Of a stretch of DNA of 64,000 nucleotides, positions 1 through 10,474 are shown piece after piece. The translations under genes were made by a program, and so were the position numbers. The notes beneath the pieces were generated by a model. It searched no databases. It worked only from the letters and a program-made list of their open reading frames with translations, and was not told the DNA's origin. Origin of the DNA: Candidatus Velthaea sp. (lineage in GTDB: Bacteria; Vulcanimicrobiota; Vulcanimicrobiia; Vulcanimicrobiales; Vulcanimicrobiaceae); the NCBI GenBank assembly GCA_050012475.1, contig JBEKHC010000012.1, positions 74 through 64,073 of the forward strand, in the 5' to 3' direction. Each line of letters opens with the position of its first letter. The first letter of the stretch is position 1.

Positions 1-1004
1 TTGCGGGCAGCGGACTGGAATCCCCGGTCGTCATGGGCACGGTGCGCCCGATCATGCGCGGCATCGCGCAAGTCCACGCCAATCCCGCGCTGATGCTCGA
101 TGCCGCCGACCGCGCGCTGCAGTTGGAGTATGCCGACATCTTCGTCACCGCGTGGGTCGGCCTCGTCGACCCCGTCACGCGCACGCTCACGTATGCATCG
201 GCGGGCCACCCGCCGCCGCTGCTCGCCGACGCGGACGGCAGCGTGCGCGAACTGGGTGAAACGGCCCTGCCCCTGGGCTTACGTCAAGGCCACCAAGCGC
301 AGCCGTCGACGGTTGCGATGGGCGACGGATCGACACTGGTGCTCTACACGGACGGGCTTTCAGAGGCGACGCACGACGTGTTGGCCGGAACCGAACGCGT
401 CCGTGCGGCGACCCATGCGGTCGCGCTTGCGCCCGATGGGCACCCTGCCGCGACGATCGCGCGTTCGGTTCTGACCAACCGCGCGCTCGACGACGTCGCG
501 ATCCTCGTCATGCGCATGAATTTCGCCGAGATCGAGCAGCGCCTCGCGCGCTTTGGGTTCCGGATCGACGACGCCGAAGGCGCACATGCGGCGCGCGACG
601 CGTTCATCGCGACGCTTGCGCGCCAGGGGTTCTCGGCGATCGAGCAGTTCAACGCGGAACTCGTCTTCGGCGAACTCATCGCGAACGTCGTCCGGCACGC
701 CGCCGACAGCCCGGCCGTCGAGATCGCCGTTGATTGGAGCGGGCCGCAAATCGTGCTGCACGTGCTCGACCGCGGCCCCGGCTTTCGCCATCTGGGCCGC
801 CTGCCCGCGGATCCGTTTTCGGAATCCGGCCGCGGTTTGTTTTTGATCGCCGCGATGACGGATGATTTTACGGTGAGCGAACGGTCCGACGGCGGCAGTC
901 ACGCACGTGCCGTGTTCACCCGGCGCGCAGCGTATCCGATGAACCACGCGCCGGCGATGTTCGCGGATTTCGATATGAGCCTGCAACTCACGCAAGGCCG
1001 CTAA
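1..1004 (+). CDS. PP2C/SpoIIE-type phosphatase domain fused to a GHKL (RsbW-like anti-sigma kinase) domain; 5' end lies outside the window
   Basis: The frame of ORF 33..1004 stays open back to nt 3 (AGSGLESPVVMGTVRP), so the N-terminus is upstream. PP2C C-terminal motifs are present (YASAGHPPPLL, LVLYTDGLSEA, DDVAILVM). They are followed by GELIANVVRHA ... GRGLFLIAAMTDDF, typical of HATPase_c anti-sigma kinases. Confidence 0.75.
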   Translation, partial: AGSGLESPVVMGTVRPIMRGIAQVHANPALMLDAADRALQLEYADIFVTAWVGLVDPVTRTLTYASAGHPPPLLADADGSVRELGETALPLGLRQGHQAQPSTVAMGDGSTLVLYTDGLSEATHDVLAGTERVRAATHAVALAPDGHPAATIARSVLTNRALDDVAILVMRMNFAEIEQRLARFGFRIDDAEGAHAARDAFIATLARQGFSAIEQFNAELVFGELIANVVRHAADSPAVEIAVDWSGPQIVLHVLDRGPGFRHLGRLPADPFSESGRGLFLIAAMTDDFTVSERSDGGSHARAVFTRRAAYPMNHAPAMFADFDMSLQLTQGR

Positions 1005-1067
1005 CGACAATCGCCGGGACAGGCGCGGCCCATCGGCGAAAATCGCGACCCCTATCGTCCGGAGGTA

Positions 1068-1964
1068 ATGATGAACTGTCCGACGTGCCAAGCGCCGCTT
1101 GTCCCCGGCGCAAAGTTCTGTGCAAACTGCGGGGCGGCGGCGCCCGCCGCGACGACGGTCGGAACCTACACCGAACCGGTTCCGGAAGCCGGCAACCCCA
1201 AGACGCCGATCACCATCGGCGATATGACGATCAAGGTCGAGGGCGAACTCGTCCCGGTCGTCGACGTCGAACTCGGCAGCCGGCAGACGATTTATTTCGA
1301 GCATCACATCCTGCTCTGGAAGCAGCCCAACGTGACCTTGGGCTTCATGGGTTTGCAGAACGTTGCGAAGCGCTTTTTCGCCGGACTGCAAATCTTCATC
1401 AGCACCGCACAAGGCCCGGGAAACATCGCGATGTCGCGTGAGGCGCCCGGACAAATCGTCGCCTTGCGGCTGCAGCCCGGTCAAGCCATCGACGTGCGCG
1501 AGCATCAATTTTTGATGGCCACGAGCGCCGTCGATTACAACTTCTATTGGCAGACCGGATTAGCCAACGTGTTCTTCTCGCGCGCGGGTTTGTTCATCGA
1601 CCGCTTCACCGCCGGGCGCGAAGAGGGCGTGCTGCTGCTGCACGGCTATGGCAATGTCTTCGAGAAGACGCTCGGTCCGGGCGAGATGATCGACGTCGAA
1701 CCGGGCGCTTGGCTGTGGAAAGACGCCAACGTGCGCATGGACACCGTGACCGTGCTGCAATCCGGGGGCGGCGGCGGCTTGATGGGAGCATTGGGGGCCT
1801 TCGTCGGCGGCGCGTCGCTGGTGATGAACCGGCTGTACGGTCCGGGGCGCATCGGGCTCCAGTCGATGACGTATCACGAACCGGCCGTTGAGGGCGCGCA
1901 GCAGCAGGGCGGCCAGAGCAACATCGGGGGGATCATGGGCTCCCTGTTCGGCAATCGCCAGTAG
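1068..1964 (+). CDS. AIM24 (DUF124/TIGR00266) family protein with an N-terminal zinc ribbon
   Basis: CPTCQAPLVPGAKFCANCG is a CxxC-X-CxxC ribbon. The body then reads like AIM24 (IKVEGELVPVVDVELG..QTIYFEHHILLW, GEMIDVEPGAWLW, SLVMNRLYGPGRIGLQS). Confidence 0.7.
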   Translation: MMNCPTCQAPLVPGAKFCANCGAAAPAATTVGTYTEPVPEAGNPKTPITIGDMTIKVEGELVPVVDVELGSRQTIYFEHHILLWKQPNVTLGFMGLQNVAKRFFAGLQIFISTAQGPGNIAMSREAPGQIVALRLQPGQAIDVREHQFLMATSAVDYNFYWQTGLANVFFSRAGLFIDRFTAGREEGVLLLHGYGNVFEKTLGPGEMIDVEPGAWLWKDANVRMDTVTVLQSGGGGGLMGALGAFVGGASLVMNRLYGPGRIGLQSMTYHEPAVEGAQQQGGQSNIGGIMGSLFGNRQ

Positions 1965-2053
1965 GCCAACGGTCGGCCGCACGTTCGACGGGCGCCGCTG
2001 GGAACGGGACAAATGACGGCATGAACGGGCGTCATCCGGGGTAAGCACCGCAA

Positions 2054-2569
2054 ATGAAGCTGTTGGTCGCCCTCCTTGGTCTGTGCTTTGCCGGCGCGGT
2101 GCCGGCGCTCGCGGAAACGAGCGCAGCGCCGCAGCCGGTGACGATCCGGCTGAGCGGCGATGCCGTCGCCGCGACGCACTTGCCGTCGTACGATCCGCAG
2201 CAGCCGATCGCCGTCCGAGTCGAGACCGGGAACGAGCGGCCGGGCGATTTGAGCCTCGTAGCGTCGGGCCCGGCCGGACGCTCGCTGCGGGTTCCGCTGG
2301 TGACCGACGCGGGCGATTCGTACCGCGCGAGCATGACGCTCGCCGACGTCGGAACGTGGCGTCTGCAGCTGGCTGCAACCAGCGGTGCACTGCGCACCCT
2401 GACCGCGCCGATCCTGCTCGAGGTCGCGGCGCCCCCGCCATCGTACGCGGCAGCGATCGGCTGGGCGGTCGGCGTCGGCACGTTCGTGATCTTCGGCTGC
2501 GGCGGATTCGCCTTGCTTCGGCGGGCCTTCCCACCGGCTCCGCCGGCCGATCTCGAACTCGCCGCTTAG
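2054..2569 (+). CDS. hypothetical exported protein with a C-terminal membrane anchor
   Basis: Signal peptide MKLLVALLGLCFAGAVPALA, a beta-rich middle, and a C-terminal TM segment (AIGWAVGVGTFVIFGCGGFALL). No family recognised. Confidence 0.5.
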   Translation: MKLLVALLGLCFAGAVPALAETSAAPQPVTIRLSGDAVAATHLPSYDPQQPIAVRVETGNERPGDLSLVASGPAGRSLRVPLVTDAGDSYRASMTLADVGTWRLQLAATSGALRTLTAPILLEVAAPPPSYAAAIGWAVGVGTFVIFGCGGFALLRRAFPPAPPADLELAA

Positions 2570-2596
2570 CGGCGCAGCTGCCGAGCCGCAGCGCGG

Positions 2597-3016
2597 TTAG
2601 GACACGTAGCTGACGTTGACGCTGTAGCCGACGGCCTCGGCTTGACGCAAGACACCCAGGACGTTGTCGATCTCCGCGTCGATGGCGACGATTTCGCCAG
2701 CGCTGATCCCGACCGGCGCGGCATTGCACCACAAGACGCGGCGCGCGGTTTGGAACGCCGCCCGCAACCGCTGCGGCGAGGCCTCGAGCACGGGCCAGTC
2801 TTCGTACGACGCAGCCGGAATGATGCGCCAGCCGTCGCCCGACGTCATGCTCTCATCCATGAACGCATGCGGGATCGCCGCGAGCATATCGAGCTGCACC
2901 CGATCGTTGGCGCTCACCGCAATCTCGGAGTCGCCTAAGCGCAGGACGTAGCGATAGAACGACGGGTTGGCCACCGTACACATGCCGGCCGGGGACCCGA
3001 CGTTCACATGAATCAT
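2597..3016 (-). CDS. hypothetical protein downstream of thrB
   Basis: ORF 2597..3043. The internal ATG at 3016 (MIHVNVGSP) is the likelier start. Composition looks coding; no recognised domain. Confidence 0.45.
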   Translation of the reverse strand: MIHVNVGSPAGMCTVANPSFYRYVLRLGDSEIAVSANDRVQLDMLAAIPHAFMDESMTSGDGWRIIPAASYEDWPVLEASPQRLRAAFQTARRVLWCNAAPVGISAGEIVAIDAEIDNVLGVLRQAEAVGYSVNVSYVS

Positions 3017-3092
3017 AGGGCCACAGCGTTCGCCCGACCGCAAGCGGCCCCTTTAGGAAGAATTCGCGACAATACCGCTGTCGCCAAGCGGG

Positions 3093-4037
3093 TTAGCGCG
3101 TGAAAAGCCCTTCGGTTGCCGTCGGCCGGTGACCGGCGCCTTGCGAACACAATCCGCTTGCCGCGACCGCGAGATCGTAGCTGCGCGTTTCGATCCCCGA
3201 GCGGGCGAAGATCGCTTCGATCGCGGCGGCCGTCGACGGATCCGACCGCCGAACGAGCGCGATCACCGACGGCCCAGCGCCCGAGAGCGCGATACCGTAG
3301 ACGTCCGGACCTTCGAGCGCGATCATCTCGTTGAGACCAGGCACGAAACTGGCCCGATACGGTTGATGGATCCGATCGCGCATCGCCGCGCGCAGCAAGT
3401 CGCAACGCCCGCTGGCAAAGGCTGCGGCCAGCAGGGCGGCGCGTTGAATGTTGTACACCGTGTCGCGCCGGCTGTAGCTCGTGGGCAGAATTGCGCGCGC
3501 CTGCACCGTCGGCATTTCGATTTGCGGGACGACGACGATGGCCCGCATCTCAGGCAGCGGGGGAAAGCGGATATAGGTCGGCGTTTCGCCCGGCGCCTGC
3601 GCCGCCACGACGATCCCGCCCAGCAAGGCGGGAATCCCGTTGTCGGGATGGCCTTCGATCTCAGCGATCGTCTGCGCCAGTTCGCTCTCGCCGGCGACGC
3701 TGCCGCGCAGCTCCGCTCCGATGGCGACGCCCAACACGGCGGCCGCGGCACTCCCGCCCAAGCCTTTGCCCAGCGGGATATCGTTGGTCACCGCGATGTC
3801 GAGCGGCGGCAGCACCCGCGCCCCGGCGATCCGCGCGATTCCACGCGCGATTTCATCGCGCAAACCGTCGTGCGTCGGCGCATACTCGCCGTCGAACGTC
3901 CAACGCGGCGTCGCCCCATCCGGCAACACGCGCACGCGCGCCGATATGCGCAGTTCGAGCGCTAAACCGATCGAGTCGAATCCGGGACCGAGATTAGCGC
4001 TCGAAGCGGGAACGGAGAGCTGAAACGGTTCATGCAC
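3093..4037 (-). CDS. thrB: homoserine kinase
   Basis: GHMP kinase motifs are present: VPASSANLGPGFDSIGLAL and PLGKGLGGSAAAAV. The ORF-track N-terminus is Arg-rich and overlaps thrC. GTG at 4037 (VHEPFQL) overlaps the thrC stop by 8 nt. Confidence 0.85.
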   Translation of the reverse strand: MHEPFQLSVPASSANLGPGFDSIGLALELRISARVRVLPDGATPRWTFDGEYAPTHDGLRDEIARGIARIAGARVLPPLDIAVTNDIPLGKGLGGSAAAAVLGVAIGAELRGSVAGESELAQTIAEIEGHPDNGIPALLGGIVVAAQAPGETPTYIRFPPLPEMRAIVVVPQIEMPTVQARAILPTSYSRRDTVYNIQRAALLAAAFASGRCDLLRAAMRDRIHQPYRASFVPGLNEMIALEGPDVYGIALSGAGPSVIALVRRSDPSTAAAIEAIFARSGIETRSYDLAVAASGLCSQGAGHRPTATEGLFTR

Positions 4038-5316
4038 CGGCGCGCGCCGTCGCCAGTTCGTCGAGGCGCGCAAAGAGGTCCGCCTCACCGCGCGTGTGCA
4101 CGATCCGATTCGCGAACGGCGCGGGCTCGGCGGCGAACGGCGCGGATGCGGCATGGTAGGCGGCGGCGTACGCCGTGTCCTTGAGCATGTGACCGGTCAA
4201 GACCAGCACGACATCGTCGCTGGGCCCGACGATCCCGCTCGCAACGAGCGCCTTCACTCCTGCCAGCGAAGCCGCCGACGCCGGTTCGCAGCCGATGCCG
4301 TCGCGCCCGATCACAGCGCGCGCGTCGGCGATCGCCGCATCGTCGACCGCGATGACCGTGCCGCGCGATTCCCGCACTTCGCGCAGCGCCTTCTTCCACG
4401 ACGCCGGCGCGCCGATCTTGATCGCGGTCGCGGTCGTTTGCGCTTTGACCGGGATCATGTCACCGCCCGAGGCGAAGAGCCGCGCGAACGGCGCGGCGCC
4501 TGCCGCTTGGATGACCGCGATACGCGGCAGGCGGTCGATCAAGCCCAACGCCAACGCTTCACGAAAGCCTTTGCCGAACGCGCTGGTGTTGCCCAAGTTG
4601 CCGCCCGGCAAGACGAACCAATCCGGCACGCGCCAATCGCGCTGCTCGAGCATCACGAACGCTGCCGTCTTTTGGCCCTCGATGCGATACGGATTGACGC
4701 TGTTGACGATCGCGACCCGCCGCGGGTCGAGCTGACGAACCGTCGCGAGCGCAGCATCGAAGTCGCCTTCGATGCCCAACACCGTGGCGCCGTAGTCGAG
4801 CGTCTGCGCGACTTTGGATTCGCTGATCCCCGTCGACGGAACCAGGACCACCGCCCGCACTCCGGCACGCGCCGCGTAGGCCGCCATCGAGGCGGCGGTG
4901 TTCCCCGTGCTCGCGCAGATCGCAACCCGCGCCCCGCTCTGCGCGGCGTGGGTGAGCGCGACCGTCATGCCGGCATCTTTGAACGAGCCGGTCGGATTCA
5001 TGCCAAGGTGCAGGTAGCTCGCAGCATCGAGACCGGCGTAACGGGCGCCGCCGGCTGCGTCATACAGCGGGACGTCGTTCTCGCGCAACGTGACGATGCG
5101 ATCGGGATCGAGTGCGGGCAGCAGTTCGCGATACCGCCACACGCCGCTGCGATCGCGGTGTTCGTTGGAGGTCCGCCGGCTGCGGACGAGCGCCCGCAGT
5201 GCGGCACCGTCGATCGCCGCCGAATTCAACTCGAAGGCCAGCAAACCGCCGCAGTCGGCGCAAAACAACGCGTCGTCGAGAGCCGGACGGCTACAGTCGC
5301 TGCAGATCAGCTTCAC
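4030..5316 (-). CDS. thrC: threonine synthase with an N-terminal zinc ribbon
   Basis: PLP-lysine motif NPTGSFKDAGMTV and a typical ThrC body. The N-terminus reads VKLICSDCSRP..FCADCGG. GTG at 5316 fits just below the ilvD stop at 5327; the ORF-track extension to 5484 is Pro/Arg junk. Confidence 0.9.
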   Translation of the reverse strand: MKLICSDCSRPALDDALFCADCGGLLAFELNSAAIDGAALRALVRSRRTSNEHRDRSGVWRYRELLPALDPDRIVTLRENDVPLYDAAGGARYAGLDAASYLHLGMNPTGSFKDAGMTVALTHAAQSGARVAICASTGNTAASMAAYAARAGVRAVVLVPSTGISESKVAQTLDYGATVLGIEGDFDAALATVRQLDPRRVAIVNSVNPYRIEGQKTAAFVMLEQRDWRVPDWFVLPGGNLGNTSAFGKGFREALALGLIDRLPRIAVIQAAGAAPFARLFASGGDMIPVKAQTTATAIKIGAPASWKKALREVRESRGTVIAVDDAAIADARAVIGRDGIGCEPASAASLAGVKALVASGIVGPSDDVVLVLTGHMLKDTAYAAAYHAASAPFAAEPAPFANRIVHTRGEADLFARLDELATARAGA

Positions 5317-5326
5317 CGAACGTCCC

Positions 5327-7030
5327 TTAATCCGGCCGCGTGATCGCGCCTTCGGACGCGGAGCCAACCTGGGCGGCATATTTGGCGAACACGCCGGTCG
5401 TGTAGTTGGGTTTGGGTCTGGTCCATTGGGCCGCGCGCCCGGCGAGCTGTTCGGCGGTGAGGTCGACGTCGATCCGCCGTCCATCGATGTCGATCGTGAT
5501 CGTGTCGCCGTCGCGCAGCAGCGCGATCGGTCCGCCGACTGCTGCTTCGGGCGAGACGTGGCCGATCATCAAGCCGCGGGTCGCACCGCTGAAGCGGCCG
5601 TCGGTGATGAGGGCAACGCTTTCGCCCAGCCCCTGACCGACGATGGCGCCGGTCACGCCCAGCATCTCGCGCATGCCGGGACCACCCTTTGGTCCTTCAT
5701 AGCGGATGACGACGACGTCGCCGGCGACGATTTCGCGCGCGTCGATGGCGTGCATCGCGTCCTCTTCGCGGTTGAAGACCCGCGCCGGTCCGCGATGGAA
5801 GAGGCGCTCGTGGCCGGCCACCTTCACTACCGCACCCTCGGGCGCGACCCCGCCGCGCATGATGACCAGGCCCCCGCTCGGTTTGAACGGCCGGTCGGCC
5901 GTAGCGATCACAACCTGGCCGGGCGTCTCGACGGCCGTTGCCGACTCTTGGGCCAAGGTGCGACCGGTCGGGGTCGGCATATCGCCGTTCACGAGCTTGC
6001 CTTCGACCATCCGCTTGGCGATGAGCTGGATTCCGCCCGCATTGTCGACGTCGGTTGCAACGTACTTGCCGCCCGGCCGGAGATCCGCGATGATCGGCGT
6101 GCGGCGGGAAATCGCGTCGAAGTCGTCGATCGTGAGCGGCACGCCCGCTTCGCGCGCGACGGCCAGCAAGTGCAGCACCGAATTGGTCGAGCCGCCCGTC
6201 CCGGCGGCCGCCGCGATGCCGTTCTCGAACGCCGCGCGCGTCGCCAAGTCGCGCGGGCGGACGTTGCGCCGCAGCAGATCCATGACGATCTTGCCGGCGC
6301 GGTACGCCTCTTCCGCTTTACGCGCGTCGGCCGCCGGCGGGCTTGCGCTGCCGACCGGCGAGAGGCCCAAGAACTCGAACACCGTCGCCATCGTGTTCGC
6401 GGTGAAGTGCCCGCCGCAGGCGCCAACGCCCGGACAGGCATGGTCTTCGATCGCCTGCAGCTGCGCATCGCTGATCTTGCCGGCCGAATGAGCGCCGATG
6501 GCTTCATAGACGTCGCCGACGGTCAGATCGACGCCCTCGAAACGGCCCGGCGCGATCGTGCCGCCGTAGAGCATCACGGCCGGTGCGTTGAGCCGCATGA
6601 ACGCCATCGCCGTTCCCGGCCCGGTCTTGTCGCAGGCGAACAGCCCGACGAGGGCGTCGAACATGTAGCCTCGCCCGACCAGTTCGATCGAATCGGCGAT
6701 CACCTCGCGGCTGACCAGCGAGGCCTTCATGCCCTCGGTGCCCATGGTAATGCCGTCGCTGATGGCGATCGTGTTGAATTCCATCGGCGTCCCGCCGGCC
6801 TCGCGCACGCCGCGCTTGACGTGCTCGACGAGTTCGCGCAGGTTGTACCCGCACGGCATCGTCTCGATCCAGGTGCTGGCGATCCCAACGAGCGGTTTGG
6901 CAAGGTCGGCGTCGGTGAACCCGATCGCCTTGAACATCGCCCGCGCACCGGCCCGATCGCGGCCGTTGGTGATGGTCGCACTATTCCACTTTTCGTTTGT
7001 CGCTTTGGCCGAACCGTTCACGCCGTTCAC
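5327..7030 (-). CDS. ilvD: dihydroxy-acid dehydratase
   Basis: [49 protein letters not shown] and [12 protein letters not shown] are classic IlvD blocks. The start is probably GTG at 7030 or 7021; the extension to 7147 is junk. Confidence 0.9.
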   Translation of the reverse strand: MNGVNGSAKATNEKWNSATITNGRDRAGARAMFKAIGFTDADLAKPLVGIASTWIETMPCGYNLRELVEHVKRGVREAGGTPMEFNTIAISDGITMGTEGMKASLVSREVIADSIELVGRGYMFDALVGLFACDKTGPGTAMAFMRLNAPAVMLYGGTIAPGRFEGVDLTVGDVYEAIGAHSAGKISDAQLQAIEDHACPGVGACGGHFTANTMATVFEFLGLSPVGSASPPAADARKAEEAYRAGKIVMDLLRRNVRPRDLATRAAFENGIAAAAGTGGSTNSVLHLLAVAREAGVPLTIDDFDAISRRTPIIADLRPGGKYVATDVDNAGGIQLIAKRMVEGKLVNGDMPTPTGRTLAQESATAVETPGQVVIATADRPFKPSGGLVIMRGGVAPEGAVVKVAGHERLFHRGPARVFNREEDAMHAIDAREIVAGDVVVIRYEGPKGGPGMREMLGVTGAIVGQGLGESVALITDGRFSGATRGLMIGHVSPEAAVGGPIALLRDGDTITIDIDGRRIDVDLTAEQLAGRAAQWTRPKPNYTTGVFAKYAAQVGSASEGAITRPD

Positions 7031-7245
7031 TCGTCCGTCTCCACTCGTCTGCCGGGGTCGGTGCTTCACCGCCCTGCGTGTTGTTGCAGGTCCACGGCGG
7101 GCGCGACCTGCTGGGAAGCGCCTTCCCAAACCGGGCGGATCCCGCAAATCGCCCGGCCTTGAAATCCCGGACTACGCAACCACTCCGAAACTGTCGATAG
7201 TGAGAGTGAACCAAACATCACTTCTCCGTCGGAGGTCGCGCCGAG

Positions 7246-9303
7246 ATGCAGCTTCATGCTCGTCTCATGGGTCGGATCGCTTCCCTGGGCCTGGGCCTCG
7301 TTTTCGTCGCGCTCATCACGTGCACGTTCTGGGCGACGGCGCGCATCGGGCGCGCGACGGACCATGCCGCGGCGGCCGTCTCCCTGAGCGATCTCTACTC
7401 CGCGGCCAATCGCGACTTGGATGTCGAGGCCAGTCTCGAACGCCAGCATCTCAACGACGCCAAGGCCGGCGGCTGGCAAGAACTCGACGAGGCTGCGCAA
7501 GAGACGGATCACAATCTGCTCGCCATCTCGCGCACGGCAAATCCCGAAGACCGCGCCGTCGCCGAGCAGACGCTCGCGCTGCATGCCACGTATTTACAAA
7601 CGCTGCGTGAGTTCTATTCCTCGGTCGACTCGGGGTCGATGTCCTATGCGACCGTCCTCGAGCACGAGGCGGCCGATCCGCAATTCGCCGCTACGCAAGC
7701 CGCGATCGCATCGCGCGCGTCCGATCAGCACGACGTCGCGCTGACGGCGCTTGCCGAACTCGCCGCGACCCAAAGCGTCAACGTCCGAGCCATCATCATC
7801 GCGACCGTCCTGGGCTTCATCCTCTTAGGCTTTTGCGCCGTGATCCTCGCCGGCTATCAACGGAAAGTCGAAAGCGCGCGGCGGGCCGAACTCGCCGCCT
7901 TCGAGCAGGCCTCGCTGACCGATAATTTAACTGGCCTGGGCAACCACCGTGCGTTCCAGGAAGAACTCGACGCGCAAATCGCCCGCATCGAGCGCCGGGA
8001 AGGCGTGCTTTCGCTGGCCGTGGTCGACATCGACGAATTCAAGGGCATCAACGACCGCAACGGACACCTGCACGGCGACCGTGTCTTAGCCGCGATGGGC
8101 GCTTTGCTGGGCGAAGTCCGCAAGGGCGACCGAACCTTTCGCATCGGCGGCGACGAATTCGCGATCGTGCTCCCCGACGCCGAATCCGTCCCGGCGTCGA
8201 TCCTCATGGAACGCGTCCGGCAAGCCGCTCCCGCCCGGCTGTTCGGCTCGACCTTGAGCATCGGCATCGCGACGATGACGTCGAGCCAACGCTGCGACGC
8301 CGTCGCGCTGCGCGCGCAGGCCGACGCGGCCTTGTACGCCGGTAAGCAAAGCGGCCGCAACACGGTGATGACGTATGCCGAAGCCGAACGCGGCGAACTC
8401 GTGCTGTCGCCCGCGAAAGCCAAAGCGCTGCGCCGCCTCATCGACAACGGACACGTCAACGTCGTCTTTCAGCCGATCTGGGACGCAAAAGAAGGCCGGC
8501 CTTTCGGTTTCGAAGCGCTGGCGCGGCCGCCCGATGATTGCGGCCTGTCCGGCCCGCAGGAAGCCTTCGAGATTGCCGAACGCATCGGACGCGCTCCGGC
8601 GCTCGACGCCATTTGTCTGCGCGCGATCCTCGCGCGGGCCGGCGAACTTCCGCCCGACGCGCTGCTGTTCATCAACATCGTGCCCGAAACGCTCGACCGC
8701 GATCTGCTCAGCGGCAACACGCTGCTCGACGCCGTTCGCAGTGCGGGCATCGCCCCCGGGCGGGTGGTCATCGAACTCACCGAACGCGCGATGCCGCGCC
8801 TCGACATCATCGTGCGCGAAGCCAAACGCATTCAATCGCTGGGCTTCAAACTCGCGCTCGACGACACCGGCGCCGGCAATGCCGGCCTGGAGGTTCTACG
8901 TCAGCTGCCGGTCGATTTCGTCAAGATCGATCGCGCCGTCGTCATGCAGGCGATGACCGATCCGACCGCGCGCGCGATCGTCGCGAGCATCGTCGCCATC
9001 GCGCACGCCATGAGTGCATGCGTCATCGCCGAGGGCATCGAAACGGTCGACGCGCTCGATTTCGTGCGGCGCGACGTGATGCGCGGCTGGCATCCCGAAA
9101 GCGGCATCCGCGGCATTCAGGGCTATTTGCTGGGACGCCCGGCGGCCGAACCCTGGAACGATCCCAACGTCGAACACCACAGCGCGCTCATGCGCAGAAC
9201 GTACGACGTCGAGAAGCCGCACAAACCCGCCCGGCGGCGGGCAGCGCGGGCGACGTATCGCCGCCTGCCGCAGCTGGCAGAGCCGGACTGGCAAACGCTT
9301 TAG
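7246..9303 (+). CDS. membrane sensor with GGDEF and EAL domains (c-di-GMP turnover)
   Basis: N-terminal TM, a periplasmic-like region and a second TM. The GGDEF site reads FRIGGDEFAIVL. The EAL domain has FGFEALARP, ELTER, DDTGAG and EGIET. Confidence 0.85.
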   Translation: MQLHARLMGRIASLGLGLVFVALITCTFWATARIGRATDHAAAAVSLSDLYSAANRDLDVEASLERQHLNDAKAGGWQELDEAAQETDHNLLAISRTANPEDRAVAEQTLALHATYLQTLREFYSSVDSGSMSYATVLEHEAADPQFAATQAAIASRASDQHDVALTALAELAATQSVNVRAIIIATVLGFILLGFCAVILAGYQRKVESARRAELAAFEQASLTDNLTGLGNHRAFQEELDAQIARIERREGVLSLAVVDIDEFKGINDRNGHLHGDRVLAAMGALLGEVRKGDRTFRIGGDEFAIVLPDAESVPASILMERVRQAAPARLFGSTLSIGIATMTSSQRCDAVALRAQADAALYAGKQSGRNTVMTYAEAERGELVLSPAKAKALRRLIDNGHVNVVFQPIWDAKEGRPFGFEALARPPDDCGLSGPQEAFEIAERIGRAPALDAICLRAILARAGELPPDALLFINIVPETLDRDLLSGNTLLDAVRSAGIAPGRVVIELTERAMPRLDIIVREAKRIQSLGFKLALDDTGAGNAGLEVLRQLPVDFVKIDRAVVMQAMTDPTARAIVASIVAIAHAMSACVIAEGIETVDALDFVRRDVMRGWHPESGIRGIQGYLLGRPAAEPWNDPNVEHHSALMRRTYDVEKPHKPARRRAARATYRRLPQLAEPDWQTL

Positions 9304-9319
9304 GGATGCTCCGTTCAAA

Positions 9320-10474
9320 TCAGAACGACGGGCCGATGCGGTTGATGGCGAAATCGCGAAACTCGAACTGTTCGGCAACGGGCTGACGGCCGTTGGCGGC
9401 GGCGACGACCCAGTCGAAAATTTCGCTGCCGACGTCCTCGAGCGTCTTGGTTCCGTCGACGATCGCGCCCGCGTTGATGTCCATGTTTTCGCGCATCCGG
9501 TCGTACATCGCGGTGTTGGTGGCGATCTTTATCACCGGCGCGATCGGCGAACCGGTGGGCGTGCCGCGACCGGTGGTGAACACGGTGACCTGCGCGCCGC
9601 CGGCGGTCATCCCGGTGAGCTGTTCGATGTCTTGACCGGGCGTATCCATGACCACGAGGCCCTTTTCGCGCGGCCGTTCGGCGTATTCGAGCACCTCGCG
9701 CAGCACGCTCGAACCGCCTTTGTACGCAGCACCCAGCGACTTCTCTTCGATCGTCGTCAGCCCGCCGGCGATGTTGCCCTGCGTCGGGTTGCCGTAGCGC
9801 ATATCGACGTGCATCGCGCGCGCTCGCGCTTCGACCCGCTCGATGAGTTCGAAGAGTTTCGCCGCCACGGCGGGCGATGCGCGCTGGGCCAGCAGATGCT
9901 CGGCGCCGACGAGTTCGGGCAGCTCGGCGAGAATGACCGTGCCGCCCGCTTCGACGAGCCGGTCGGCGGCATAGCCGACCGCGGGATTCGCCGTGATGCC
10001 GCTGAACGCGTCGCTGCCGCCGCATTCGGTGCCCAGAATGAGTTCGTTCACGTCGGCTTGGGTGCGCTCGAGCGGCTGCGTTTCGCGCAGCAGCTGCTGC
10101 GCGATCTCGATGCCGCGCGCGATCGTGTTGGAAGTGCCGTCGGATTCTTGAATGCCGATCACTTCGACGCGCTGACCGCGCGCGGCGATCTCGGCGGCCA
10201 AGGCTTTGGATTCGTTGGTTTCACAGCCCAACCCGACGACGAGCACCGCGCCGACATTGGGATTGCAGGCGAAGCCTGCCATCGTGCGCTTCGTCTGCTC
10301 GAAATCGGCGCCGACTTGCGAGCAACCCGTCGGGTGGCCGATCGTGATGACGTCGGGAACGCGCCGGCCGATCCGGTCGACGACATGATTGGCGCACATC
10401 ACCGACGGCAGCACGAGCACGTGATTGCGCACGCCGACCGTTCCGTTGGGCCGCCGGTAACCGGAAAAAATCAT
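9320..10474 (-). CDS. UxaA-family sugar-acid dehydratase, large (C-terminal domain) subunit
   Basis: MIFSGYRRPNGTVGVRNHVLVLPSVMCANHV and the later GD_AH_C-like blocks match altronate/galactarate dehydratase. The ATG overlaps the stop of the SAF subunit (ATGA at 10471-10474). Confidence 0.8.
   Translation of the reverse strand: MIFSGYRRPNGTVGVRNHVLVLPSVMCANHVVDRIGRRVPDVITIGHPTGCSQVGADFEQTKRTMAGFACNPNVGAVLVVGLGCETNESKALAAEIAARGQRVEVIGIQESDGTSNTIARGIEIAQQLLRETQPLERTQADVNELILGTECGGSDAFSGITANPAVGYAADRLVEAGGTVILAELPELVGAEHLLAQRASPAVAAKLFELIERVEARARAMHVDMRYGNPTQGNIAGGLTTIEEKSLGAAYKGGSSVLREVLEYAERPREKGLVVMDTPGQDIEQLTGMTAGGAQVTVFTTGRGTPTGSPIAPVIKIATNTAMYDRMRENMDINAGAIVDGTKTLEDVGSEIFDWVVAAANGRQPVAEQFEFRDFAINRIGPSF

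Noticed and set aside
5090-7162. Very long ORFs on the strand opposite to clear genes. Examples are 5090-7162 (+) versus ilvD, 12661-14247 (-) versus GlcF, most of 19821-21353 (-) versus rsgA, 21822-23783 (+) versus priA, 24720-26195 (+), and 360-1508 (-).
   Set aside because: Their translations are Arg/Ala/Gly/Pro-rich with no motifs, and each lies exactly antisense to a gene with strong family signatures. This is the usual stop-codon-poor shadow effect of high-GC DNA. Only the last 312 nt of 19821-21353 looks genuinely coding.
7031-7245. A possible T-box, attenuator or riboswitch in the 215-nt ilvD leader. The hairpins seen are CCGGGCG..CGCCCGG and GGGAAG-GCG-CTTCCC.
   Set aside because: No T-box consensus, no leader peptide rich in Ile/Val/Leu, and no U-tract terminator could be identified by eye. 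I left it unannotated.
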